Origin: Tubiluchus corallicola
Taxonomy: Eukaryota; Animalia; Priapulida
NCBI GenBank assembly: GCA_030141605.1
Contig: JAQGDQ010002004.1
Span: 1 to 18,101 of the forward strand
DNA length: 18,101 bases
Reading direction: 5' to 3'
Shown: positions 1 to 10,442 of the stretch, piece by piece
Position numbering within the stretch: the stretch's first letter is position 1
Layout: every line of letters begins with the position of its first letter
The notes under the pieces: generated by a model
The model's database searches: none
Told to the model about the DNA's origin: nothing
What the model saw: the letters and a program-made list of their open reading frames with translations, nothing else
Program-made: the position numbers and the translations under genes

Positions 1-366
1 GTTTTGTGGCCTCTACAGATGAATCGAAAAAATGTTGCAATGACCAGACTGCCAACCAGGTTGAATAAAAATTTAATGTTGCATAACTCCTTCAGGACCG
101 CGCCATACAAAATACAAGGCTTCAACGTTAATGAAAGAGAAACGGCCACCCAGTCTAGCTATATATTATTAAAAAAGCAAACAGAAAGAAATTAGTCAAT
201 AAAAATATGAATAAAACTTTTAATTTATGTGTTAAAAAGCATTGATTTTTGCCTCTGGAACTTACGTCAGTTTTTTTTTCATTACTTTTCTATGGAAGCC
301 CTGGTTTTTCTTTTAACGACACTTCGTTTAACACCATGTTTTGCTGGAACGCACTAACATCGTTAA

Positions 367-1038
367 CTCCTTAGACCACAGCATTCAAAATAGATCTTAC
401 AAGTCCTATGAGTTTTCTGCTACTGTATTAGCACACACATAACTAGATTATTACAAATCAGACACTGTTCTATTCAGGAGAATCTCGGCTATCCAATCAT
501 GCTATTTGTTTAAACATTTATAAGTGATTTAATTGGACAAAATTAAGAAAAGCATGTCCTCTTCAGGCTCACCAACTGAGACTATTGAGTATCTTAGTCT
601 GGTGTACAATCGTCCCGTGATGGTACACACTATTTTATTGATCACCTGCTTGCTACAGTCCAAGCAGCACAGTGTTCTGTTGCTATTCCAGGAAAAACCA
701 ACCGATCAGCCAAGGGCAAATTAAGGTCATTTTATCTTTTAATAGAAATTTCTGCTTAAAACAGAGTAGACTTGAGGCCAAAGTGCGGTGTCTGAGTAGT
801 TGAAATTTTCTGCATTAGCTAATTTCATACAAGTGATACTGTATATTGTTACAGTGCAAACACAGCAGTTGCTGCATGCTTTTCTAAATTTATTCATCAA
901 AAATTCATAATTGAAAATCCGTTATGTGAGGAGTAGAAACCTGCAAAAATTGTCAAATATAACATAATCGCTGCTTAGTGAGAGCAGTTTCTCTTAAACG
1001 CATGCAAAATGCAACAAACACTTACGGTCTTGAAGGAG
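367..1038 (+). mobile_element. piggyBac-type non-autonomous element (MITE), copy 1, in GPCR intron
   Basis: TTAA (363-366) then CTCCTTAGACC; ends CGGTCTTGAAGGAG (1025-1038) then degenerate TTCA. Aligns by eye over its whole length with 8897-9628. TTAA target and C-starting TIR are piggyBac hallmarks. Confidence 0.75.
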
Positions 1039-1149
1039 TTCAGCAATCTCATCAATGCCTAAAAACGGCAATCTATCCGTTGCACTAACATTTATATAGA
1101 AACATGCCATGGTAAGACTTACTAGTGATTCAAGTTTTTTATATTGTAG

Positions 1150-1288
1150 GTCAATGTATTTTCCTGTTATGGGGTGTGTATCTTTGCTACAGTGTTCGAA
1201 AGGCTCCGTCCAGTTTCAACGAGAGCAAATTTATTTCATGGGCCATTTACAACACCATTTTTATGAACAACTTTATCCTGATCATTCG
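1150..1288 (+). CDS. Class C GPCR, GPR158/GPR179/CG31760-like, internal exon (TM5-ICL3-TM6)
   Basis: TGTAG acceptor, CG|GTAAGA donor. Encodes xQCIFLLWGVYLCYSVRKAPSSFNESKFISWAIYNTIFMNNFILIIR; FLLWGVYLCY matches GPR158 TM5 and FNESK is the class C ICL3 motif. Phase 1 in, phase 2 out. Confidence 0.9.
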
Positions 1289-1290
1289 GT

Positions 1291-2183
1291 AAGATTCTTA
1301 CTTCTTGCTTATCAAAGTTAAGCTGGGTTACAGGCTGATCAGTGGGTTATGGATCAAATCCATAATGAGTAATAGTCTCACTTCTTGCTTAGGTTGGAGT
1401 TACAGGCTGATCAGTGGGTTATGGGTCAAATCCAAAATCAGTAATATTCTTACTTCTTACTTAGGTTGGAGTTACAGGCTGATCAGTGGGTTATGGGTCA
1501 AATCCAAAATCAGTAATATTCTTACTTCTTGCTTAGGTTGGATTTACAGGCTGATCAGTGGGTTATGGATCAAATCCAAAATGAGTACAATTCTTACTTC
1601 TTGCTTAGGTTGGATTTACAGGCTGATCAGTGGGTTATGGATCAAATCCAAAATGAGTACAATTCTTACTTCTTGCTTAGGTTGGAGTTACAGGCTGATC
1701 AGTGGGTTATGGGTCAAATCCAAAATCAGTAATATTCTTACTTCTTACTTAGGTTGGATTTACAGACCGATCAGTGGGTTATGGATCAAATCCAAAATGA
1801 GTACAATTCTTACTTCTTGCTTAGGTTGGAGTTACAGGCTGATCAGTGGGTTATGGGTCAAATCCAAAATGAGTGAAATTCTTACTTCTTGCTTAGGTTG
1901 GATTTACAGGCTGATCGGTGGGTTATGGATCAAATCCAAAATGAGTACAATTCTTACTTCTTGCTTAGGTTGGATTTACAGGCTGATCAGTGGGTTATGG
2001 ATCAAATCCAAAATGAGTAATAGTCTCACTTCTTGCTTAGGTTGGAGTTACAGGCTCATCAGTGGGTTATGGATCAAATCCAAAATGAGTAATAGTCTCA
2101 CTTCTTGCTTAGGTTGGAGTTACAGGCTCATCAGTGGGTTATGTATCATATCCAAAATGAGTGAAATTCTTACTTCTTTTGCT
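1291..2183. repeat. 72-bp minisatellite, 12 copies, filling most of GPCR intron 1289-2272
   Basis: TACAGGCTGATCAGTGGG-type core recurs at 1329, 1401 ... 2121 at an exact 72-bp period; explains the 24-aa periodic ORF 1305..2210. Confidence 0.97.
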
Positions 2184-2272
2184 TGGGTTTCTTTTTGCTG
2201 CTTTTGTTAATCCTAACACACATAGTGACCACCCAGCCGGACTCCTACATAATATGTGTTAAACATTTTCAG

Positions 2273-2378
2273 AATTGTCATGCTAGGATCTATTGAACCA
2301 GACATTATTTATTTGCTACACGTTTTACAACTGCAAGTACCGAGTACCATCACACTACTTCTCATCTTTGTTCCAAAG
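2273..2378 (+). CDS. Class C GPCR exon (ECL3-TM7)
   Basis: TTTTCAG acceptor, AAG|GTAATT donor, phase 2 matching the previous exon. Encodes IVMLGSIEPDIIYLLHVLQLQVPSTITLLLIFVPK with the class C TM7 FxPK motif. Confidence 0.9.
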
Positions 2379-2736
2379 GTAATTACTTCACAAGCTTATA
2401 TCTCAAGAGTGAGTATTAAACTCGTGTTATTAAATTACTGTAAAACACTTGTAGTTATTCGTTCCATAATAAACATCTTAAAGGTAATCTTCGACATCAT
2501 TAATATCTTTATCGTACACCTGTAATCTGATTAATAGTAATCCTAATTAATTTCTACTTGATAAACAGCTTACTGTCTTGCAGGGCTTAATTGGTAGTTT
2601 TTCCCGTTTCTCGTGAAATCGTTATATTACAGGCAAAACGGTAGAGGTTTTACTATAATCATTGAAGTAGTTTAGACATATCGAGTACATGTATAATACT
2701 GGCTAGAATAAAAACATTAATGTGCTAAACTGGAAT

Positions 2737-2940
2737 TGTTACTGTTGTTGTTGTTGCTGTTATTAATATCATCATCATCAGCATCAGCATCATTACTATC
2801 ACCATCACCATTACCATTGTCGTTAACATTATCGTCATTCTTGTCCTCGTTATTAATGTATCGTTGTCATCATCATAATCACTATCACTGTCCTTATCGT
2901 CATGGTGATTATCATCGCCTGGTCCATCATTATCGTTATT
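2737..2940. repeat. Degenerate trinucleotide low-complexity tract (GTT/ATC/TCA)
   Basis: Runs of GTTGTT, ATCATC, CATTAT; source of the spurious poly-L/S/H ORF. Confidence 0.85.
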
Positions 2941-2999
2941 AGTTTTAGGGGGTTTATTCGTTGAATTTATGCAAACATTCTTTTTATTTATTTTGCTAG

Positions 3000-3119
3000 T
3001 TTTACATGATCAGAAGTGGAACGCAAGATTCGCTACACGCTCACGGTACAGGAATCACAGGTGTCAGTAGTAGAGTGGCGCCATCTACAACTGGTTCACA
3101 CAATACAGCGAATGCATGA
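3000..3119 (+). CDS. Class C GPCR terminal coding exon (short C-tail)
   Basis: Polypyrimidine tract plus CTAG acceptor, phase 0 giving PK|FY. Reads FYMIRSGTQDSLHAHGTGITGVSSRVAPSTTGSHNTANA then TGA (3117-3119). Confidence 0.75.
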   Translation, partial: FYMIRSGTQDSLHAHGTGITGVSSRVAPSTTGSHNTANA

Positions 3120-3699
3120 ATTCCGAAAATTATTTTTATTTGTCGTTGTGAGTTCTTTTAGCAAGATAAATTAAAGCCTGGCAGAGAAAACTCTGGCAAC
3201 GGCAAACCGTCACCGTGGAATCTACATTCACGTTCGCTACATGAAGAGATAATATAGTCATCACTGTTTACGCAAATACAGCATAGACATTTTGTTTTGC
3301 AAGGTTTTTATTCGGAAGGTTTTTTGAAGTGTGTGTCGCCACCTTTAGGAAAGAAAACAAAAACATAAAAAAAGTTGACGTGCTACTTTTGTTTCTGTTT
3401 TTTTTTAAAACTTTTGCAATGTTGTGCTTATAACATTATGAGTAAATTACTTTATTTAACTTTAAATGTAAGATATTTTTGATGACTCACTACTGCACAC
3501 TGGGAAGGTGAGTCACTAGCGTATTACCAGGTGGCGCGACCATTTTAAATTACTAATAATTTTCTTTTTTAATTACATAAGTCTTTGAAGCAGGAAACCG
3601 TAATACTAAGTAATATAACTTTGTGTGGCAAAGTTTGTTGGGACATACTTTCAGTCACCATTTTGTTCCTTTCTAACTTTACTACTTCAGGTTTTAAAT

Positions 3700-3867
3700 G
3701 CTCAGTTATTTCCAATTCATGTATGTGTAGTTGGACAAACATACCTATTAGTTTATACAATATGTAAGATATTAATACATTTTTATGCCTACTGTATGAT
3801 AAAATTGGCTTCACTGGGCTAGAAAAAGAGATTAATAAAATATAAATGTTGTAATATAGACGAATTT
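3700..3867 (+). repeat. Dispersed duplicated segment, copy A (uninterrupted)
   Basis: GCTCAGTTATTTCCAA...TGTGTAGTTGGACAAACATACC...TTATGCCTACTGTATGATA...GGCTAGAAAAAGAGA recurs at 6356-6401 plus 6839-6975. Contains AATAAA (3834-3839). Confidence 0.85.
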
Positions 3868-4327
3868 GCTCACTGTTGATGCTTAACCTATTTCGTGGGA
3901 ATCTAAATAACTGAACTTCGTACAGCGAACTTACGTCAGATCAGATGAGCTGAAACAAAAGAACAAGTCACCCAGTATGTTGGGTTTATTTGACTCTTAT
4001 CACCTAAACTTAGAAAAATATAACAAAGAAATTTGCAAAGAACTGTCTATAAAGCATAAATTTAAAATGTTCAATCTCTGAATAGAAATGTTCAGGCTTG
4101 GTGGTTGTCACCATTCATTTGAAATCATGACCTAACTGGGAGACTTCGTGACTTTTCGCAAACGCATCGGGGCTTTCCGTAAACACGCGTTACTTAAACT
4201 AATTCAAACTTCTGCAGCTTATCTAATGTTCATGCAAAACATTACAAAATTAGCTATATAATTTTTTTGTAAAAACTTTTTACGCTTTTGATGAAGATTG
4301 ACAGTGCGCTGCTTTTCTTCAAGACAA

Positions 4328-4761
4328 ATGACGTCACTGGAAGAAGAATAGGCGTTCAAAATAAAAGCGTGCAAGCGTGAAATGATCGTGATTTTAAAGT
4401 GATTTTACTAATTACACATTAGTAATTACTAATTTGTGATTATCACACTTTTATTGCTAAATCCTTCTAACATTTTTCCCGAACATTGAAATAATCTTAA
4501 CTTTCCAGAAGGCTTGCCTTTTCCTTTAACAAATAAATGTGACAAGTTTATGTCAAGTAGATAGATTAACTCAGTATTTGGAATTGCCATTCTCTTGGTG
4601 TGGTTAAATGCAAATTTTGATTTTCTGGGAACAAATCTTCATTAAATGATTTTACTAGTCACACGAGGCGCTTATTGCTGTTTTATTACTAAATCCTTCT
4701 AACATTTTTGGCGAACATTGAAATGAGCCCAACTTTCCAGAAAGCTTGACTTTTCCTTTAA
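4328..4761. mobile_element. Two tandem terminal fragments of a TTAA-flanked (Kolobok-like) repeat family
   Basis: 4400-4529 and 4647-4761 are diverged copies, both ending TTTTCCT|TTAA; a third, inverted copy lies at 16671-16855. Confidence 0.6.
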
Positions 4762-5142
4762 ATGTCAACACGATTTCAGCCCTTGGACTTTTCCAAAGAT
4801 ACAGAAGTTTTATAAATATAATTTATGCGCTTTTAATTAAGTAGATAAAATACAATTAAAGCTACATGATTAAAATGAATAATTATTGCATGATTTTAAA
4901 TAAGTCTGTGATTTATGAGACAGTTTTGAATCAATAAGTCAAAAAATAAATGCCAAAAAGTTGCCAATATTGTTAAAATTTACATCAATTGCTCTATGTA
5001 TCCACCATTTTCAATACAAACTAAACGAAGACGTTTCCTTTAGTAGCTGACGATACAGTTTCTCACTTGGTTAAAGTGTATTTTGCCCCAGCACTAAAAA
5101 TGACATTTGTTCCTCTGCATTAAACGTGTACTTTCTCTTTAA

Positions 5143-5742
5143 AGGAAGACAGGATGATTTTTCATTTTCATGGCAGCTAAAAAGTATACATTTTAACACA
5201 ATTATTACTGCAAAAGCGTTTCTGATAATTAAATAATAGATTAAAAACTTACTTAACGGCGGGGAGCCCAACTATTGATGACATCACAAACGAACATAAT
5301 TTTCAACAGCAAAAATATTCCACGAGCGTGTTGCACATGTTTGCAAAAGCGAAAATTGAAGTACAGTACTACTGTAATATATTCAGTGTGTTGTACTAAA
5401 ACTAGGCAGTTTTAAGGCAAAAATTTCAAATTTATCACTGTGCAAACGCATGAGCTGTCAAACGTGGGTAGTTCGTCACAAACTAACACATCTGACCTGA
5501 GCGGTACAGTACCTGTTTTTTGTGCAATGCGTTTCCGAAATGCAGGCGCTAGTGCTCGTCTAACGAACGAATGGTGAAATGCACGTAACAGTGAAGAACT
5601 AGTAGCGCAAGCGCAAAACAAAAATGCATTTTTTGTAATATTTTTTCACGTAAGTCATTCTTGAAAAAATATTATGATTCCTTTCAAGGTTTTTCGGGTA
5701 GGTTGTTTTGACCTGCAGTTTAAGATTCGGCCGGGTTTTCCT
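5143..5742. mobile_element. Kolobok-like non-autonomous DNA transposon
   Basis: TTAA|AGGAAGACAGG ... CCGGGTTTTCCT|TTAA: imperfect TIR beginning AGG, with TTAA at 5139-5142 and 5743-5746. Confidence 0.55.
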
Positions 5743-5773
5743 TTAAACGAATTCCGAATATCATAATTTAGAG

Positions 5774-6077
5774 CCTGGTCTTCAACCTTTTTTAATGTCG
5801 TCCACCCCTAGTGGTGATTAAGTAGAAGCTGTCCACCCCCAAACGGAAAAAGTCTCATTAAAAATCTCACGTTTTTAATATTTAAAACCTACGTTTCACA
5901 TCTCATGTCTATGACTATGTAAACAGAAAAAAGCAGTTTCTCTTATTTTTTATTTAACTTTTACATATTCATCCATATATTTCACACCTCATCTCAAACT
6001 AAGAGGCTCAAAATACACAAGATAACATTAAGCATGCCATTTAGACACATTTTCTCTACCCAGGTTGAATAGCACTG
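5774..6077. mobile_element. hAT (Charlie-type) MITE
   Basis: Ends CCTGGTCTTCAACC ... GGTTGAATAGCACTG; 8-bp TSD ATTTAGAG (5766-5773) / ATCTAGAG (6078-6085) fits the NTCTAGAN Charlie target. Confidence 0.7.
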
Positions 6078-6401
6078 ATCTAGAGTATCAAGTCCCATTT
6101 TTTCATGCCAATAAATCATTGTCACAGCTTTATTCTCTTGCTGTTCATTTATGACAAATCGATAAAGCAATTAATTATAATTATTATAACAGGTTGATTT
6201 GCTAACCTTCGTTGTACAAATTAACTTCAAGGCTTGAATGGCGAAATTGAGATTATCGTGTTTTTAAGTAACAAACAGTTTCAAACAAACAACACATGAA
6301 ATCAAACAAAACGTTTTTTTATTTCCAAAATACATAATTATAATGTTAGCTTAAAGCTCAATTATTTCCAATACATATATGTGTAGTTGGACAAACATAC
6401 C

Positions 6402-6838
6402 TGTGAAAGTCATTTTTGAAGTTGTTGTTCACTTACTTTGTTATGATTGAGTTTAGGCACAGAAGTATGAATAGGAATAAAAAATCTAGAATACATATTT
6501 GCACTGCACACAACAGAAAAGTGTTTATTAAAACTACAGAAACACGAGTAGCACGACTGCTGCACTGAACACTGAGAATGAGAGAGTCCTGCACTGAACA
6601 CTGAGAGTTAGACAGTGACTAGAAAGTAAAACCAGGCAGTATATATAGGTATAGGACTGACCCATGCAGGCTTGCACAGGCTTCACAACAACCATTACTT
6701 TAAAATACGGAGAGGACCAGTGTGTATGCATTCACTGGACCATACAATTACGCTGAGAGAAAGTCAGCTGGTAGAATGTAACAGGATTAGCCCATAGATG
6801 GCAGCACCTAATTGCAATGTACAATTCCAACTTCCACA
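6402..6838 (-). mobile_element. Solo LTR (437 bp) of an LTR retrotransposon
   Basis: TGTGAAAGT...ACTTCCACA (TG..CA, 8/9 inverted repeat); perfect 5-bp TSD ATACC (6397-6401, 6839-6843). On - strand a TATATA (6640-6647) precedes AATAAA (6524-6529). The empty site is visible at 3741-3745. Confidence 0.85.
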
Positions 6839-7343
6839 ATACCCGTTAATACAACACAATAAGTAAGAAATGAATGAATGTTTATGCCTGCTGTATGATA
6901 CAATTGACTTCACTAGGCTAGAAAAAAGAGACTAATAAAATATTGGAAGATAACTGTTGTAATACGGACAAATTTAACCCTTCGATTTAGCCTACTTCGA
7001 GAATACATAAGTAACAGAGAAATATCAGGTTTTGAAATTCCTTATATGAATCATTGCCATTATTATACTTGGTCTTTTATTTACAAATATAAATAGTCGC
7101 TACAATTTTGCAAAAAATGAAAACAACAAGCTCTCAGGGAGCAAATGTTCTTGTATTAACGAATTTTTCTTCACTGCTTAGCACATGTAATTTGATATCT
7201 ACAGAAGCCCAACTATAGCAACGAAAGAAATAAATTTAGCCGAAAGTAATAGCAAATAGGCGCAGGCGTCAAACATTGTTTCTCGTTACATCATAATTAT
7301 CTTGATAAAATATTCATCATATGTAATTATATCATTATACATA

Positions 7344-7916
7344 GAATTAGAATTAGTTTATTCGCCGTAATGATTTCACATAACATAAGTAGGCAACGGT
7401 AACTATATAATCAACGAAATTAAAATTTAACTACAAAACAAAAAATCATATACAGAGGGAAAATTTCTTTACCGAATCAACAAAAGTATCGTTTTAATGT
7501 AGGTGCACAATAGTTCTTCACTCATACGTCTTAACAACACATCTCCAACAATATTTCATTAACGACGTTAAATTTGGGGAGTGCATAAGGTTACAAATGC
7601 TAGAAAAGTTCAACTCAGAATGTTCAATTCGTAAATCTTCTGTCACCGGACATCTCAATAAGACGTGGGCTTCTGTTTGAACTTCTTCCCCACATGTACA
7701 TAATCTGTCTTCTCTCGGTATTCTGGACCAACGTCCGGTTTCTACCATGAGATTATGCGATGACGTCCCAAGTCTGGTAAATTCAACCCTTTGGTAGTCC
7801 GGGATTTCAGATTCCATATCATTATAGACTTTATGAGGTTCTAAACATGGGTTGAGTTCTATAAATGTCAAAAATTTTGTTCCCGTTTTGTTACGAATTT
7901 TTGCCGGAACATCGTC
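7344..7916 (-). mobile_element. 5'-truncated non-LTR retrotransposon (RTE-X/L2-Daphne-like 3' end)
   Basis: Frame open from 7916 to 7518 with RLGTSSHNLMVETGRW..RLCTC..EAHVLLRCP, a C-terminal CCHC motif of LINE ORF2. AATAAA (7357-7362, -) is followed by a short (CTAATT)n tail; 9-bp TSD TTATACATA (7335-7343, 7917-7925). Confidence 0.88.
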
Positions 7917-8009
7917 TTATACATACATGCATATGTATATATGTATTTTCATATCAGTACTTGTTAAAAAGTTACTGCTAATTCAAGTAACATTTGTAAA
8001 CGAACATGC

Positions 8010-8133
8010 TTAGTATCCTCCGGAGGTTCCGAGATCTGGTTGTAAGACGTAAGTTCCTATTCCACAAGCTCCTTTCTTGATCAGCGCTTGACCACCAACA
8101 CCCCAACCACCTGGCTGCTCGTTAGTGCCCCAA
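8010..8133 (-). CDS. Papain-family (C1A) cysteine protease, last exon
   Basis: TGCAG acceptor, phase 2 completing QN-S. Encodes WGTNEQPGGWGVGGQALIKKGACGIGTYVLQPDLGTSGGY then TAA (NSWG, WG, CGI motifs). Confidence 0.9.
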
Positions 8134-8641
8134 CTGCATGTGAAAAAAGACAGAAATCAGCAACAAAGCTTTAGTCAATTTTTCATCTTCTCTGGTATCG
8201 CAAACAGAAGGAACAATAAAAAAAAACGAAAACAAAATCCAGGAGAATTCTGAACAAGTTCTTCTGAATTTTCCTGAATCAGTTTATCGCAAACATTAAA
8301 AAGTAATTTGCCTTAAAAAGTTGTAATTGTAACATGAATATGTCAATCCGAAAACCATGTATTGTTGTCATGTATCCGTTTTTCATATAGAATTAGCATA
8401 TAGAGTAACTTTGCCGTGACGTCACAACATAAAAACTAGCTAAAATTCATTATATGAACGAAGCCACATCACAGCGAAATAGATATTTTTATAGAGTTAC
8501 TTTGCAAACGAGTAACCTAATTGTGAGCGAATTTTGGCGTTCACAAGTAATTATAACAATGTAATTTTCTAAATATCTAAGGGAAAATAATATAGGAAAC
8601 CATTATCAGCAACAAAAATTTAAGTCTTTTGTGATAATCAC

Positions 8642-8822
8642 CTATTCTGAATTATGTAGAATTCTGTGCCTGCCCATATACCGTCGCCAATGACAACTAC
8701 AGCATGGTCAATAAATGGCAAGTCAGCAGAACCGTCACTTGGTGGTTCTAAACCAGTAGCTGATGTTCCAAGAGGAGTGAAGCCTTCCTCGTGTGGATCA
8801 GGTGTGCAGTCTTCAAGTATAC
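8642..8822 (-). CDS. C1A protease exon with catalytic His and Asn
   Basis: TTCAG acceptor (phase 1), AG|GTGATT donor (phase 2). Encodes GILEDC...DHAVVVIGDG...FYIIQN. Confidence 0.9.
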
Positions 8823-8896
8823 CTGAATCTACACAACAGGTAAATGCAATGGTAAGATTTGTAGTGAACACTTCATTCATTAGTGCGCACTTTTAA

Positions 8897-9628
8897 CTTC
8901 TTCAGTTACCACACCATTCAAAATAGATCTTATAAGACCCATGACCTTTCTGCTACTGTATGAGTACAGGCATGGCTAAATGATTACAAATTAGGTACTG
9001 TTCTATTCACGAGAATCTCGGTTATCCAATCATGCTGTTTGTTTGAATATTTATAAGTGATTTAATTGGATAAAATTTAGAAAACACGCCATTTCAAGCA
9101 CTCCAACCTAACCTATCGGGTAGCTTAGTCTGGCGTACACTTGCGTGATCGTACACATCATTTCATTGATGGCCTGCTTACAACAGCCCAAGAGAACTGT
9201 CTGCTGAACTAAATTCCAGGAAAAACCAACCGACCAGCCAAGGACAAACTAAGGTCTTTTCATCTTTTAACAAGAATCTCTCCTTAAAAATAGAGTAGAC
9301 TTGAGGTCAAAGTGTATCGGACTGTTGTGTCTGGATAGTTGAAATTTTCTGCATTAGCTGATTTCACACAAATGATACTGTACATTGTAACGGTGCAAAC
9401 ACTTCAGTTGCTGAAAGCTTTTTTTTAAATTTTCCCTCAAATATGGATTTTTAATTTGTCTAAAGTAAGCAAATGCATTTCATATGTAACGCATTTTACG
9501 CGAAAGCCCATTGTGTGAGGAGAAGAAACCTGTAAAAATCATCAAATATAATGTAATCGCTGCTTAGTAAAAGCAGTTTTTTCATGAACCCATGCAAAAT
9601 GCAGCAAACTCTTACGGTCCGGAAGGAG
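8897..9628 (+). mobile_element. piggyBac-type MITE, copy 2, in protease intron
   Basis: TTAA at 8893-8896 and 9629-9632; ends CTTCTTCAG... and CGGTCCGGAAGGAG; homologous to 367-1038. Confidence 0.8.
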
Positions 9629-9925
9629 TTAATAGGAAAAACTAAAGTAATTTACATTTTACACTAAAATATAAAGGCTCAGTTGATTTTGCAGAAAATT
9701 CACTAAATAGAATTCAGCAAACCATCTTGTGTAATTAGTCTGCAAGAATCTGTCGAGCTGTTGACTGTGTGCACTATTCTTTTCATCAAAATTAAAAGAG
9801 ATCTTAGAAATTATTTCACTAACTAAAAGCTTGAAAGAGCAAGTTTAACCCAAGCATTTTTTACATAGTTTTTTCGCAAAATGACCTATGTTCCATCTGG
9901 CCACGTATTAGTCATGATATTGGAC

Positions 9926-10309
<384 letters not shown>

Positions 10310-10344
10310 ATTGGACAGTACTGTGTGAAAACTGACTAACTTAC

Positions 10345-10442
10345 CAATAGTGTAGGATAAGAACTTAAAGTTGTTTGCCCAAATGCCTACGACAACTGGT
10401 CCATATTTCAAGAGGTGATCAATGTATTGGATTCCTTTTGAA
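10345..10442 (-). CDS. C1A protease exon (GPV motif)
   Basis: TTTTTTAG acceptor (phase 2), G|GTAAGT donor (phase 1). Encodes SKGIQYIDHLLKYGPVVVGIWANNFKFLSYTI. Confidence 0.9.

Noticed and set aside
1305-2210. 301-aa ORF with 24-aa repeats as a standalone protein or retained-intron extension
   Set aside because: A stop-free 72-bp unit generates it automatically. It has no ATG start, lies in an intron, and read-through from the GPCR exon hits TAA at 1290-1292.
2736-2942. Signal-peptide-like, His-rich 68-aa ORF
   Set aside because: Product of intronic trinucleotide low-complexity sequence; no ATG start.
8238-8278. Imperfect hairpin CAGGAGAATTC..GAATTTTCCTG
   Set aside because: Short, intronic and without supporting context; not a terminator in a eukaryotic gene.
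8666-8896. Plus-strand 76-aa ORF
   Set aside because: Antisense shadow of the protease exon.
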